From the NCBI RefSeq assembly GCF_028641065.1, contig NC_073389.1:32984001-33048000 (forward strand): DNA of 64,000 bases, given 5' to 3'. Every line of letters starts with the position of its first letter. The first letter of the stretch is position 1. Position numbers and translations under genes: made by a program. This stretch comes from Leucoraja erinacea (lineage: Eukaryota). The notes beneath the pieces are model-generated. The model was not told where the DNA came from. It saw nothing but the letters and a program-made list of their open reading frames with translations, and searched no databases. This document shows positions 1 to 11,764 of this stretch, piece after piece.

Positions 1-834
1 AACAGGCCGGACCTGTTCACGTCAGTGTTTATGTTCTATTCAAACCTCCGCCCATCAAAATCCATCAGTGTGACCCCCTGTCCCCTTCTCTTTCATCAGC
101 TCATCCAGCCTCCCTATAAATCCAGCTGTTTCATTCTCCTCAACCCTTCCCTGTGGAAGCGAGTTCCCTATTCACAACATGGGTGAAGGGGAGTTTCTTC
201 TGAAACCCCAGTTGGATTTCTAGGTGGATGTCTTATATTGAGTCTCTGGTTATGATCCTCCCCACAAGTGCACACATTTGATCTGTCTTAACTATTAAAA
301 TCTTTGCCATTTGAAAACCTCTATCAGGTAACCCCTCAACTCTTAATCAAGCACATATGCAATGATATTGTTTTGCGATGACATTCTTTAGGGAATTAAT
401 TCTGGCACTTCTCCGTCTGTATTAATCCACAAAAGGTTTTCTTCCAACAGCACAACGTTTAAGTAAAAGTACCTGAGAGACTCAAGAGCTACGTTGATAA
501 TGTGTTAGGTCTATTGCTACGTAAAACCCTTTGGACCTTCTGATCATGCCAGTTGAATCCAGATGCTATCATGAATGAGAATATAAAGCATTTTCTCCAC
601 TCACCTGCAGGTCCCTGCACATCACCACCATTCTGGCCTGCAGCTTCAAGGTACAAAAAAAAATCACAGCTCCTCATTACTGAGCCTTACCTGGTGGAGA
701 GAAAGAGAGAGAAAAAGCAGCTGCCATGATTCAGCAAAGCAGTCAAAGTGAATTATGTCAGAGTAACCTAAAAGCAGGTTGGATGTGTTCAGAACTATCA
801 CGTCAAGTGTGTAAACAAGCTATCATGGTGTGAT

Positions 835-1035
835 TGGTAAATTTTCACAGAGGGTGGTGGTTTTCTGAAACAAGCTTCCACTGGGAGTGGTAGAGGCAGG
901 TACAATTACAACATTTGAAAGGCATTTGGACAGTACGCGGAAAGGAAAAGTGTAGAGGAATACAGGCCTTATGCAGACAGACGTCACAGTTGGTATGGAC
1001 CTGATGGGCCAAAAGGCCCATTTCTATGCTGTATG
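835..1035 (+). mobile_element. Old CR1 LINE 3' fragment
   Basis: Degenerate CR1 3' motifs (ttttcacagagggtggtg, gtggtagaggcagg, gggccaaaaggccc) similar to other CR1 ends in the window. Confidence 0.6.
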
Positions 1036-1959
1036 ATGAGTTACCCTTTATTCCAGGGGAATTAGGTGCAAAGCAGACATACAGTTAGGTGCATGGGAGT
1101 AGGTACAGTCAAGTATAGAAAGAAAATGATGTCCATATTTCCTGTTTGCCAAAGGTATCTTTCATACCCAGAGGTGCAGGGCTGCAAAATATGGAAAACA
1201 GGTTGTATATATTTTATTTATGAATCACGCCCAGACAGATGCATTCCTAAGTGTCATGCTAACAGCTTATCATTCTGCACCCTTTAATAGATTTGCTATT
1301 GAAGTCTAAATATAATTAAAGTGACAAAGCAACCTACAATAATGAAGGGCAAGAAGAGACCCACATATTGACCAGAAATATAAATGGCAGCTTATTCAGT
1401 GGGAGAACAAGACGGTGAGCAACTTGTTCCAGCAGCTTTCCTGCCTTTTTCTTATTCCCTTCAATCAACTCAAAGACTCAATTCTCAGTGGGATTTTCAT
1501 CATGTTGCTACTCTGAGTAAATAAAGGTCTAAGTGTAATAGTTTGCCAATGAAGTTAAAAACAAAATTCATTTTACTTTGAAAATCATCAACACGAAGTG
1601 GAGGGGGTTCTCTTGATGGAGATCATTATGGAGCTAAGACTGAGAGGTTGGTCTGGACTTGGTGGTAGAATCCAGACCAGATGCCTTGGCCTTGGCCTGA
1701 GGTCACAGCCACTGGAACCAAGCAGATTGCCAAGTGGAGGCAGCTTAGGCAAGGAATCTAACAAAAAGCATACAGAGATTCCTGTTGACCATGGTTCCAA
1801 TGCATTCTGCACACTACCATCCTTAAACTCGCTGGCTGACCAGAACCCATGCTGTTTTTTTAAATTCCCATGTCCCTTCAAGCCCCTTTTCTTCTCCGTG
1901 AATCCTCCAGACTACTACCTTTCAAGTATCTGAATTTCTCTACTTCTTCCTCCCACACC

Positions 1960-2400
1960 ATCCTCATTTTAATAGACAAAGCAACAACCTCTCCCCCAAT
2001 GCCAGCAAGCCAAAGGAGATTGTGATCGACTTAAGGAAGCGAAACAGTATACACACCCCAGTATACATTGATGTGCCGAAGCAGAGATCATTGAAAGCTT
2101 CAGGTTCTTAGGAATAAATATCACCTGCAATTTGTCCTGGACCAGCCACATCGAAGTAATTACGGCGGCAGGCGCGGGCACACCGCGACGCCCTGTGTCT
2201 CCCTTTCAAGGGAGATGCTAAAAATGCATTTCGTTGTCTCTGTACTGTACACTGACAATGACAATAAATTGAATCATTTCATTTCATTTTAAAGCACACC
2301 TCTACTGCTCTACTTCTTTAGAAGGCTTAGGAAGTTTGACGTGTCCCCAACAACCCTCACCAATTTTGACAAATGTGTCCTAGAAGCAATTTTATCTAAA
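1960..2400 (+). mobile_element. Rex1/Babar-type LINE RT fragment, interrupted by a short tailed insert at about 2161-2290
   Basis: Degenerate match to the Rex1-type RT at 31252-31953 (KE.VIDFR, FRFLGINIT, LYFLRRLRKF-like segments). Confidence 0.55.
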
Positions 2401-2404
2401 TGGT

Positions 2405-2950
2405 GTCGCTGGGAAAAGGGGAAGTACAACGCAATCTGGGGGTTAGGGTTATCAGTCAATTAAAGTAAGCATGCAGGTACAGCAGGCAGTGAGGAAAGCG
2501 AATGGCATGTTGGCCTTCAGAACAAGAGGAGTTGAGTATAGGAGCAAAGAGGTCCTTCTGCAGTTGTATAGGGCCCTAGTGAGACCACACCTGGAGTATT
2601 GTGTGCAGTTTTGATCCCCTAATTTGAGGAAGGACATTCTTGCTATTGAGGGAGTGCAGCGCAAATTTCCAAGTTAATTCCCGGGGTGGCGGGACTGTCA
2701 TATGCTGAGAGAATGGAGCGGCTGCGCTTGTATACTCTAGAGTTTAGAAGGATGAGAGGAGATCTTATTGAAACATATAAGATTATTAAGGGTTTGGACA
2801 TGCTAGAGGCAGGAAACATGTTCCCAATGTTGGAGGAGTCCAGAACCAGGGGCCACAGTTTAAGAATAAGGGGTTAGCCATTTAGAACTGAGATGAGGAA
2901 ACACTTTTTCACATAGAGAGTTGTGAGTCCGTGGAATTCTCTGCCTCAGC
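2405..2950 (+). mobile_element. CR1 LINE ORF2 C-terminal fragment
   Basis: Encodes LVRPHLEYCVQF and RRMRGDLIETYKI...RTRGHSLRI; contains stops. Confidence 0.9.
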
Positions 2951-4224
2951 CATGACCTTGGCAGAAAGACAATTCACTGAATACAACAAAAAACTTTTCA
3001 TCCTTTTGTGTGTTAACCAGCAATCCCTTGTTTCAGAAATAATATGTTGATTCAACAATGTTAGAAAGCCGTACCTTTTAGCATAGTCGATACTTTCTCC
3101 TTTCATGTTGACAACATGAAGCCGAGTCAATCGCAAAACAAATGATCAGATTTATGTAAGAGACAATTTAATTGGCAGCTGGAGTTCTCAGTTCAACCTG
3201 TATTTCCTGAACCTAGATTCCACACTAAGTGCAAGTGGATAATTTGAATATTCATGTTTACCTTGTGCCACAAAGCCCCTTCACAGTTTTACATTTGAAA
3301 CTTTTGATCTGCAAACACTATCATTTTGGAAGTTAAATTAAAAATGATCAATGCATTTATAAGTAGTAAATGCCACTGACTTCGTTCCTCTGATCCTTTC
3401 CTCTCAACCACAAGGATTCAAACTCAACCAGAAGCTTGCATAAGTACAATACTGAGGGAATGATGCACTCAGTATTTCAAATGAGACATTTTCTACGGTC
3501 TCTGAGATGGTTTCAAGAGATCCCATGACATGACCTCAATGGGAGGATGGAGATATCTTTGATGTCCCAGCCAATATTTATCCTTCACATTGGTATTATG
3601 ATCTAAGCCCAGTGGATATCAGATGTGGACAATTTTGCTCACATTGCAACTGTGAAATCTGGACCATAAGATTAAGTTGGATTGTTATTGTGTCGTATTT
3701 GTTTCCCCATTTTTACCAATGTAATCTTTCAGGAAAATCATAAACACTTGACCTGGTAATAATCATAAACACATTTTGAGAGGAAGTTATAAATCAAGAA
3801 AAACTGGTTCCTCTCTCAGGAGAGTTGGTAACCAAAAATAAATGGAGACAAAACACCACTTTGTTCTGTCCTTTGCGAATATATGCTTTAAATAAAGAAA
3901 CTTAAATAAAAATACGTTAATTTTCAGGATTTAGTGGAAAAAATATACGGATGAATCAATTTACCTATTTTCTTTTCACTCTGAGCTGACTTTCCATTGC
4001 TTGGTGTCAAAAATAAATGAATGAAAACTTGCATTGAAATTGGTTCTTAATCAACAATATGTTTTTTCAACTGGTAAGAGGTTTAGTCTGGAAAAAAAGC
4101 TTGAGCCATCCTGGGCTTGATGTAGGTGCTCAGTCATCTATATTTTGGGGTTTGCAGAGATCACTTTAATGACTACCAGTCACCAGATCAAGAATCAAGA
4201 GTGTTTAATTGTTATATGCAACAG

Positions 4225-4587
4225 GAAGGAAATTAGTCAGGCTGAAGGTCCTGTGGAGTTCCGCAGGGATCTCTGGGACCTCTGCTGTTTGCGATATATA
4301 TAAATGCCGGGGACATTAACGTTGACAGGTTGGTTAGTAGGTTTACAGATGATACCAAGATTGCTGGGGTCACAGACTGTGAGGAAGACTGTCAAAGTAT
4401 GCAGCAAGAAAAACAGTATGGGTGGAGAAATGGCAGATGGAGTTTAATCCGAGCAAGTGTAAGATGTTGCACTTTGGGAGATCAAATGTAAAGGTAAAAT
4501 TTGCAATTAATGGTATGACCCATAACACCATTGAAGTACAGTGGGATGCTGGGGTCCAAGCCAATAACTACCTGAAAGTGGCAATAC
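4225..4587 (+). mobile_element. Degenerate CR1 RT fragment
   Basis: GVPQGS, F.DDTK and KWQMEFNPSKCK.LHFG motifs. Confidence 0.8.
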
Positions 4588-5503
4588 TTGGAAGTATTGT
4601 ACTTCCGGTGGCGCTGGTGCCAGCAGCCTCCACCTACAGCCCGGTATCTTTTTGTTTTTTTGTTTATTTAGTTATGTTAAAGTGTGTTTTTTTTTAATTT
4701 TTTGGTGTCTTTATGTGGGGGAAGAGGGCACGGTGCGGGGGATACCGTCCTTCAGCCGCTTCCTGGTGAGGACGCGACTATTATTCGAGTCGCGTCCTCG
4801 CCCCCCCCCCTCCCCCCACAGCGGCCTACCTACCTGGATTGGCGCGGCCTTTCCTGCCGGGATCGACCGGAGCTCCAGCAGCGGCGGGACAGCGCTGAAA
4901 CATAGCGGGGCTGGCGATGCCTTACAGGGGGTCGCCGTCTGGAGCCCGGAGTGCTGGACCTGCTGCACCAACATCCTGGAGCTGCGGTTTGCTGAGCTCC
5001 CAACGCGGGCGGCGCTGATGGACAGCGCGGGGTCCTGCGACTCTGCCCGGCTCGACCTGCGGGTCAGGAGCTGCAGACTCCGGCAGCGGGAGGCGGCTGA
5101 TCAGAAGGTCCGGGCCGCTGAGGAGGAGGATGTTCACCGTCGGGGTTTGGCGTCGGCGTTCCACCGGCCCGGCGTGAGGGCCTGAACATCGGGCCATCCA
5201 GGGCGGCGACTGCGGGTGCTCGGAGGCCCCGACCACGGTTGAACACGGAGGGGAGGCTGGCTGGACTATGGTGCCATCCTCACCTGGGTGCCACGTATGT
5301 TATGTTGTGTTGTGGACTTTCTGTGTTTGTGCTTTTTTTGTAATTTAATTTCAATTTTATTTTTAATATGTTTTATTATTTATTTATTATTTATTTATTC
5401 TTTTTTATGATTTTATGATACTGCCTGTAAGGGAAATTCATTTCGTTGTCTCAAATTGAGACAATGACAATAAATTTGAATACAATACAATACAATACAA
5501 TAC
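4588..5503 (+). mobile_element. GC-rich non-autonomous retroposon with Rex1-like 3' tail and (CAATA)n end
   Basis: ACTTCCGG near the 5' end, T-tract, G-tract, 12-bp hairpin 4768-4799, tail tttcgttgtctcaa-a-ttgagacaatgacaataaa then (tacaa)n; same layout at 45305-46195. Confidence 0.7.
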
Positions 5504-5509
5504 AGGTAA

Positions 5510-7210
5510 GTGTTCAGTCAAGAATTGTCATATGTACCGAAATGGAACAATGAAATTCTTACTTGCAGCAGCACAACGGGTTTGTAAAAGCAGTGCTCAA
5601 TAGATAACATAAGAAACAAACAAAGAAAAATTCAATAAATTAAAAACCAATATAGTGCAAAAACAAAACAAAGCCGGTTCTTAGTGCAACCAGGAGAGTT
5701 CGTAGTTCAGAGTTTGGTTGGAGTTGGGAGTGTTCATTAGCCTGATTATTGAGAAGAAGCAATTCTTGAACCTGGACGTTACAGTTTTCAGACTCTTATA
5801 TCTTCTTCCCGACAGCAGGGGTGAAATGAAATGAAATGGACAGGCTGTTGTGGGTCCTTGATGATGCTGGCTGCCTTTTTGAGGCAGTGCCTCCTATAAA
5901 TCCCTTCGATGGTGGGAAAATCAGAACCTGTGATAGACCAAACAGTGTTCATCACTTTTTGTAATTTCTTTCGTTCCTGAGCATTCGAGTTGCTGAACCT
6001 GGCCCAGATGCAACCAATCAATATGCACTCTACTGTACACCTGTACGGATAATATTCGTCGACATGCTGAATCCCCTCAATCTTCTGAGGAGGATAAGGG
6101 ATGAACTTTAGGATTGCATCGATATGCTGGGTCCAGGATAGATCTTCAGAGTTATAAACACCCAGGAACTTGAAGTAGTTTGACTTTATTCACCACAGAT
6201 GGTGAAAATCTGATGAAAGTTGATGAAAATCTGTTTGTGGATCCTCTACCTTCCTCTTCTAAAGTCAACAATCAGTTCCTTTGTTTTACTGAAGTTGGGA
6301 GCAACATTGTTGTTTTGGCACCATTCAATCAGATGATCAAAGGTGGTGTCATCAGCAAATTTAAAGTTGGAGTTGGTACTGTGACTGGCAACACAGTCAT
6401 GGATGTAGAGTGAGTAGATCAGAGGGCTGAGCACCCAGCCTTGAGGTACCTCTTTGCTGATGGTTATCAAGGAGGAAGTGTTGCGCTCAATTCATACCGG
6501 TTGTGTTCTGTTGATGAAGAAGCTGAGGATCCAGTTGTAAAAGGGTGCACAGTAATTCCCTGAGCTGGGAATTATAGTGTTGAACGCTGACTTGCAGTCT
6601 ATGAACAGCAGCCAGATGTATGTGATTTAACATTCCAAGTGGTCCAGTGCAGAGTGGAGAGCTAGTGGTATGGCATCCCATTGATCTATTGCGGTGGATG
6701 GCAAATTATACTGGGTCTGGGTTTTTGCTAAGGTAGGAGTTGATGTGCGCCATAGACAACCTATCAAAGCATTTCATCATGACGGACGTTTGTGCCACCG
6801 TAATGGTAGTCATTGAGACATGTCACCATTCCTGGGCACCGGTATTATTGATGTCCTTTTAAAGCAGGTGGGAACCACAGGCCACAGTAGTGAGAGGTTG
6901 AAGATGGCGACAAAGATTGCAGCCAGTTGGTCCGCGCGGGTTGACGCTTGACATAAGTGAATGCTGTGCACTTTGTTTCACAGAAACGTAGCTCACCCCA
7001 GCTCTTCAGACTTGACCCCCCAGCCCAAAGGTTTCTTGATCCATCGTATGGGCCGACATGTGCCACGAGGAAAAAGGTGAGGCGGCAGTGTCTGCATCCT
7101 AGTAAACATTTTGTGGTGTACAGACGTAGCAGTCTTGTCCAACTGCTGGTCCCTGCACCAGGTGTAGGATTTATAATGGAGGGAAAAATATATACTGAAG
7201 GTTGAAGCAA
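5510..7210 (-). mobile_element. Degenerate Rex1/Babar-type LINE RT region and 3' end
   Basis: Minus ORFs with VPQG.VLSPL.YSLY.HDC, KFADDTT, KTKELIVDFRR, CLKKAASIIKDP. Confidence 0.8.
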
Positions 7211-8069
7211 TTATGTGAAGCTGAGACAATGTTACTGAAGTCTTGAAATAGAAATCATTCATCTTTAGTCATTATGCTAAACAAGAGAGAATTGCTTGTG
7301 GGTTGAGCCCAACTATGCAGCTTCAGTTCCACTGGGGTCAAGGAACCAAATGTCCAGAGTTGTGCTGAGCCACACCCTTCATTCGGGTTTAGTGCCAGCA
7401 AGCAAAGCCAAACTTTGTTCCCAAGAGACATTTATTAAATTGAATATGAATTATGTCTTTTTATGTGTGCATTGTGCTGTATGTTCAGCGTGAGGATTTC
7501 AATTGTGGATGAAGTTTCCAATAATGTGCAGGGATAGTTTAAGGATGCACTGGAATTTTTTTGTGATACCAATGCCGTAATCACAAGGCTCTAACTATCA
7601 TGACTGAAAGGGCTGGAACTGTTATTCGAACAATTTAAGACATAATTTATATAATTATAAAGGAGCGTTAAGAGCGCTGAAACAGGCCTGTCAATCCCTC
7701 GTATACAGTACATGCCAAGCATCGTACGCATCTGTAATAAGCTCATTTATCAGTAAATGTTCATAACGATGCATTGGCAATTCAAGTTATCATCCCAATA
7801 CTTTTTACATGTTATGAGAGTACCTACTTCTGCCTAATTCTAAGGCAGTGTGTTCCGAATTTCTCACATCCCCTCCAACTCTCCTACTTCTCACCTTAAA
7901 CCTATGCTTTGTTTTAGATGCTTCTATTATGGACAAAACATTCTGACTATCAGCCTTAACTATGCCTCTCATAATTTAGTATAATTATGTGTAAGATGGA
8001 ACTACAGATGCTGGTTTACACTGAAGACGCAGTAACTCAGCAGGTTAGACAGCATCTCCTGCATCCCGC

Positions 8070-8400
8070 AGCATAATTGACTCCAGCATCTTTCCCACCA
8101 CCGAAGTTACAGGCTAACTGGTCTGTAATTCCCTGTTTTCTCTCTCGCTCCTTTCTTGAAAAGTGGGATAACATTAGCTATCCTCCAATCCATAGGAATT
8201 GATCCTGAATCTATTGAACATTAGAAAATGATCACCAATGTGTCCACTATTTCTAGACCCCAGGGGATTTATCATCCTTCAGTCCCATTAACCTATCCAA
8301 TACTATTTCTTGTCTAATGAAAAATTCTTTCAGTTCCTCAACCCCCTTCGATCCTCTGTTCTCCAGTTCTTCTGGGAGATTGTTTGAGTCTACCTTAGTG
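8070..8400 (-). mobile_element. CR1 ORF2 fragment, inverted relative to the adjacent CR1
   Basis: Reverse complement matches 8403-8745 (DKSP, VP.DWR.AN, NYRPVSLT region) with many mismatches. Confidence 0.8.
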
Positions 8401-8402
8401 AC

Positions 8403-10130
8403 GTCCTGATATAGAAGTGGCCAGAGGATCTGGGGTGACGGAGGAACCGAAGGAAATCCACATTAGGCAGGAAATGGTGTTGGATAGACTGATGGGACTG
8501 AAGGCTGATAAATCCCCAGGGCCTGATGGTCTGCATCCCAGGGTACTTAAGGAAGTGACTCTAGAAATCATGGATGCATTGGCGATAATTTACCAATGTT
8601 CTATAGACTCAGGATCAGTTCCTGTGGATTGGAGGGTAGCTAATATTATCCCACTTTTTAAGAAAGGCAGGAGAGAAAACAGGGAATTATAGACCAGTTA
8701 GCCTGACATCGGTGGGGGGGGGGGAAGATGCTGAAGGCAATTATAAAAGATGAAATAGCCACACATTTGGATAGCAGTAACAGGATCGGTCCGAATCAGC
8801 ATGGAATGGAATGCTATTTATTGTCATTCAAACCTAGGTTTGAACGAAATTACAATAAATAGCATTCCATTCCATGGATTTCCAAAGGGGAAATCATGCT
8901 TGACTAATCTCCTGGAATTTTTTGAAGATGTAACTAGGAAAATGGACAATGGAGAGCCAGTGGATTTAGTGTACCTGGACTTTCAAAAAGCATTTGATAA
9001 GGCCCCACATAGGAGATTAGTGGGCAGAATTGGGGCTTATGGTATTGGGGGTAGAGTGCTGACATGGATAGAGAATTGGTTGGCAGACAGGAAACAAAGA
9101 GTAGGGATTAACTGGTCCTTTTCAGAATAGCAGGCAGTGACTAGTGGGGTACCGCAAGGCTCGGTGCTGGGACCGCAGCTATTTGCAATATACATCAATG
9201 AGTTGTATGAAGGGATTCAAAGTAACATTAGCAAATTTGCAGATGACACAAAGCTGGGAGGATGCTATGAGAATGCAGGGTGACTTGGACAGGTTGGGGG
9301 AGTGGGCACATGCATGGCAGATGAAGTTTAATGCGGATAAATGTGAGGTTATTCACTTTGGTAGCAAAAACAGGAAGGCAGATTACTATCCAAATGGCGT
9401 CAAGTTGGGAAAAGGTGAAGTACAATGGGATCTGGGGGTCCTTGTTCATCAGTCTATTAAAGTGAGCATGCAGGTACAGCAGGCAGTGAAGAAAGTGAAT
9501 GGCATGTTGGCCTTTATAACAAGAGGAATCGAATATAGGAGCAAAGAGGTCCTTCTGCTGTTGTACAGAGCCCTAGTGAGACCACACCTGGAGTATTGTG
9601 TGCAGGTTTGGTCCCCTAATTTGAGGAAGGACATTCTTGCTATGGAGGGAGTGCAGTGTAGGTTTACAAGGTTAATTCCTGGGATGGCGGGACTGTCATA
9701 TGCTGAGAGAATGGAGCAGCTGGGCTTGTACACTCTGGCGTTTAGAAGGATGAGAGGGCATCTCATTGAAACATATAAGATTGTTAAGGGCTTGGACATG
9801 CTAGAGGCAGGAAACATGTTCCCGATATTGGGGGAGTAATTGTCCTTATTCTTAAACCACAGTTTAAGAATAAGGAGTAAGCCATTTAGAACGGAGACAA
9901 GGAAACACTTTTTCTCACAGAGCGTGGTGAGTCTGTGGAATTCTCTGCTTCAGAGGGTGGGGGAGGCAGGTTTTCTGGATGCTTTCAAGAGAGGGCTAGA
10001 TAGGGCTCTTAAAAATAGCGGAGTCGGGGGATATGGGGAGAAGGGAGGAACGGGGTACTGGTTGGGGATGATCAGCCATGTTTAGATTGAATGGCTCGAA
10101 GGGCCAAATGGCCTACTCCTGCACCTTTTG
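8403..10130 (+). mobile_element. 5'-truncated CR1 LINE (RT plus 3' UTR), disrupted
   Basis: ORFs 8417-8692, 8801-9130 and 9144-9839 carry CR1 RT motifs (KSPGPDG, SCLTNLLEFF, DFQKAFDK, LVRPHLEY). Confidence 0.95.
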
Positions 10131-10279
10131 GAAACCTAAGGAAAGATTTAGAAAGATATGGGCCAATCACAGGCTGGTTGGACGAGTGTGGATGGGGTAT
10201 CTTGGTTAGCATGGGCAAGTTGGGCAGCAGGGCCTGTTTCTATGCAGTATCGCTCTATAATTCAATGAATGATATGATT

Positions 10280-10610
10280 GGCAGGGTAGCAGTTAGTAGA
10301 GAAGTTTCTTCACAGGTTCAGTGAGGCAGTCTCAATGCTGACCTTTGGCTGTTGTCTGTCTGGAGTCTCCCAGTGACCACTTGGATTTTTTCCACGTGCA
10401 CCAGTTTCCTCCCATCTTTTATGACTGACAGGTTAAGTTGCGAAAAGTGCCTCCAATGTAGATGTGTGGTAGAAGAATCAAGGGGAGGGGCATACATGGG
10501 CGTACAAGGAACAGGTAATAAGAAAACAAGAGGAGAATCGGGCTGACAGGTATGCTCTGACAACTGACACTTGATGAGCTGAGATTGGTTGTGATGGGCT
10601 TCATCTATGT
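10280..10610 (+). mobile_element. Degenerate V-SINE (HE1-like)
   Basis: Central V-domain-like segment (gtctgtctggagt...gtgacc...ccagtttcctcccat) homologous to the copy at 17716-18023. Confidence 0.55.
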
Positions 10611-10715
10611 TAATTTTGCAGGCTCTTTAAATGTTTTTCTATCCAGGCTGCAATGCATTGTCAGTCAATTAAAAATATCCCCATAAATATATTTGTCTGT
10701 GTGTAAAGGACAGTA

Positions 10716-10721
10716 TTTATT
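10716..10721 (-). promoter_or_regulatory. Candidate MED4 polyadenylation signal AATAAA
   Basis: tttatt on the plus strand about 750 nt past the MED4 stop, at the end of an AT-rich UTR-like stretch. Confidence 0.5.
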
Positions 10722-11465
10722 TACAACATAGAAAACATTTTTAAACCACAAAATATAGATTTCAAACAATATTGTGCATACACATTTTATATCACAGTGA
10801 AATAATCAGTCTAACTGCCCTTATGAAAAGAAAAGTACTTTAGGACTCAGACAAGAGGTGTTAAATGTTTGGAAGAGGATGGAGAATGGAATTCTCATAT
10901 TTTGGGAAATGAGTTCTAACACAATTGCTAAGTCATCCTTGTAAAAACACTGATTTCAAAAAACATCTTAAAAAAAAGGCCTGGCTTTTTTTGTCACAGC
11001 TTAACCTGTTACGAAAATGTATTTCATTCTCAGTAACATACGTATAACTGGTATGCAATACAACTAAAAACTGCAATGATATTCTATATCATCAGTTTCT
11101 GCAGTTGTCCTTACTGCACATGTTATTATAAACTTCTGGGAGTTTTGAACTATTTCAGGGGAAAATATATTTTCACCCTTTTCCCTAGAAAAACTCATAT
11201 ACTAATGTGAAAGTACAAATTTGTCTATATTTTAGGACTTGAAAGTCTTAGAGAATAAAATTAATCCAAGACTTCTTAATTTAGTGTTATTTCCATCATC
11301 AACAATACAAATAAACTGGATAGAAAATTAAGCTGTGCAGAAAACACATTAAGTATCATTTCAGTCATGCACAGAACTTTATCTATCTCACAACAAAGGT
11401 TATCAAAATATAAATATATTTGTATCGATTCTGCATCAACAATATCAAATGAGAAGGAACAGTCT

Positions 11466-11638
11466 TCAGTCAGAGTCACTACTGCTGCTTGAAGAATCAG
11501 TTGACATAACTTCCACATCATCTTCGTTTTCTTTGTTATGTCCGGGAGGCTCCAGCATAAAATCATTGCTGTGATTTGGAGGCAATAGATTGAGGGGCAT
11601 GTCATTTGATTGCCATGGGTATTGAGGAGCAAGTACAT
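11466..11638 (-). CDS. MED4: Mediator subunit 4, coding exon 7 (last)
   Basis: [57 protein letters not shown], nearly identical to the human MED4 C-terminus; tttcag acceptor, TGA stop. Confidence 0.97.
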
Positions 11639-11764
11639 CTGAAATACAGAAATACCGAAAGTTAAAACGACCATGGTTGTATTTTATCCAAAACTGAAGT
11701 CTCAGAATGAGTTTGCAATAGATGCAAATGCCTTGTTTTCTCAAACACTTGCTCCATCTGGAAC

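Noticed and set aside
4760-4805. ctggtgag plus hairpin as a possible hammerhead
   Set aside because: No GAAA after the stem and the CUGANGA box is imperfect; the second copy lacks it.
4652-5246. Several 60-177-aa ORFs here and a 253-aa ORF at 45196-45957
   Set aside because: They lie in GC-rich repeat bodies, are open in several frames and show no shared protein sequence between copies.
1-11400. NUDT15 or SUCLA2 exons expected from human synteny
   Set aside because: No recognisable Nudix box or SUCLA2 peptide was found by eye; absence is not proven.
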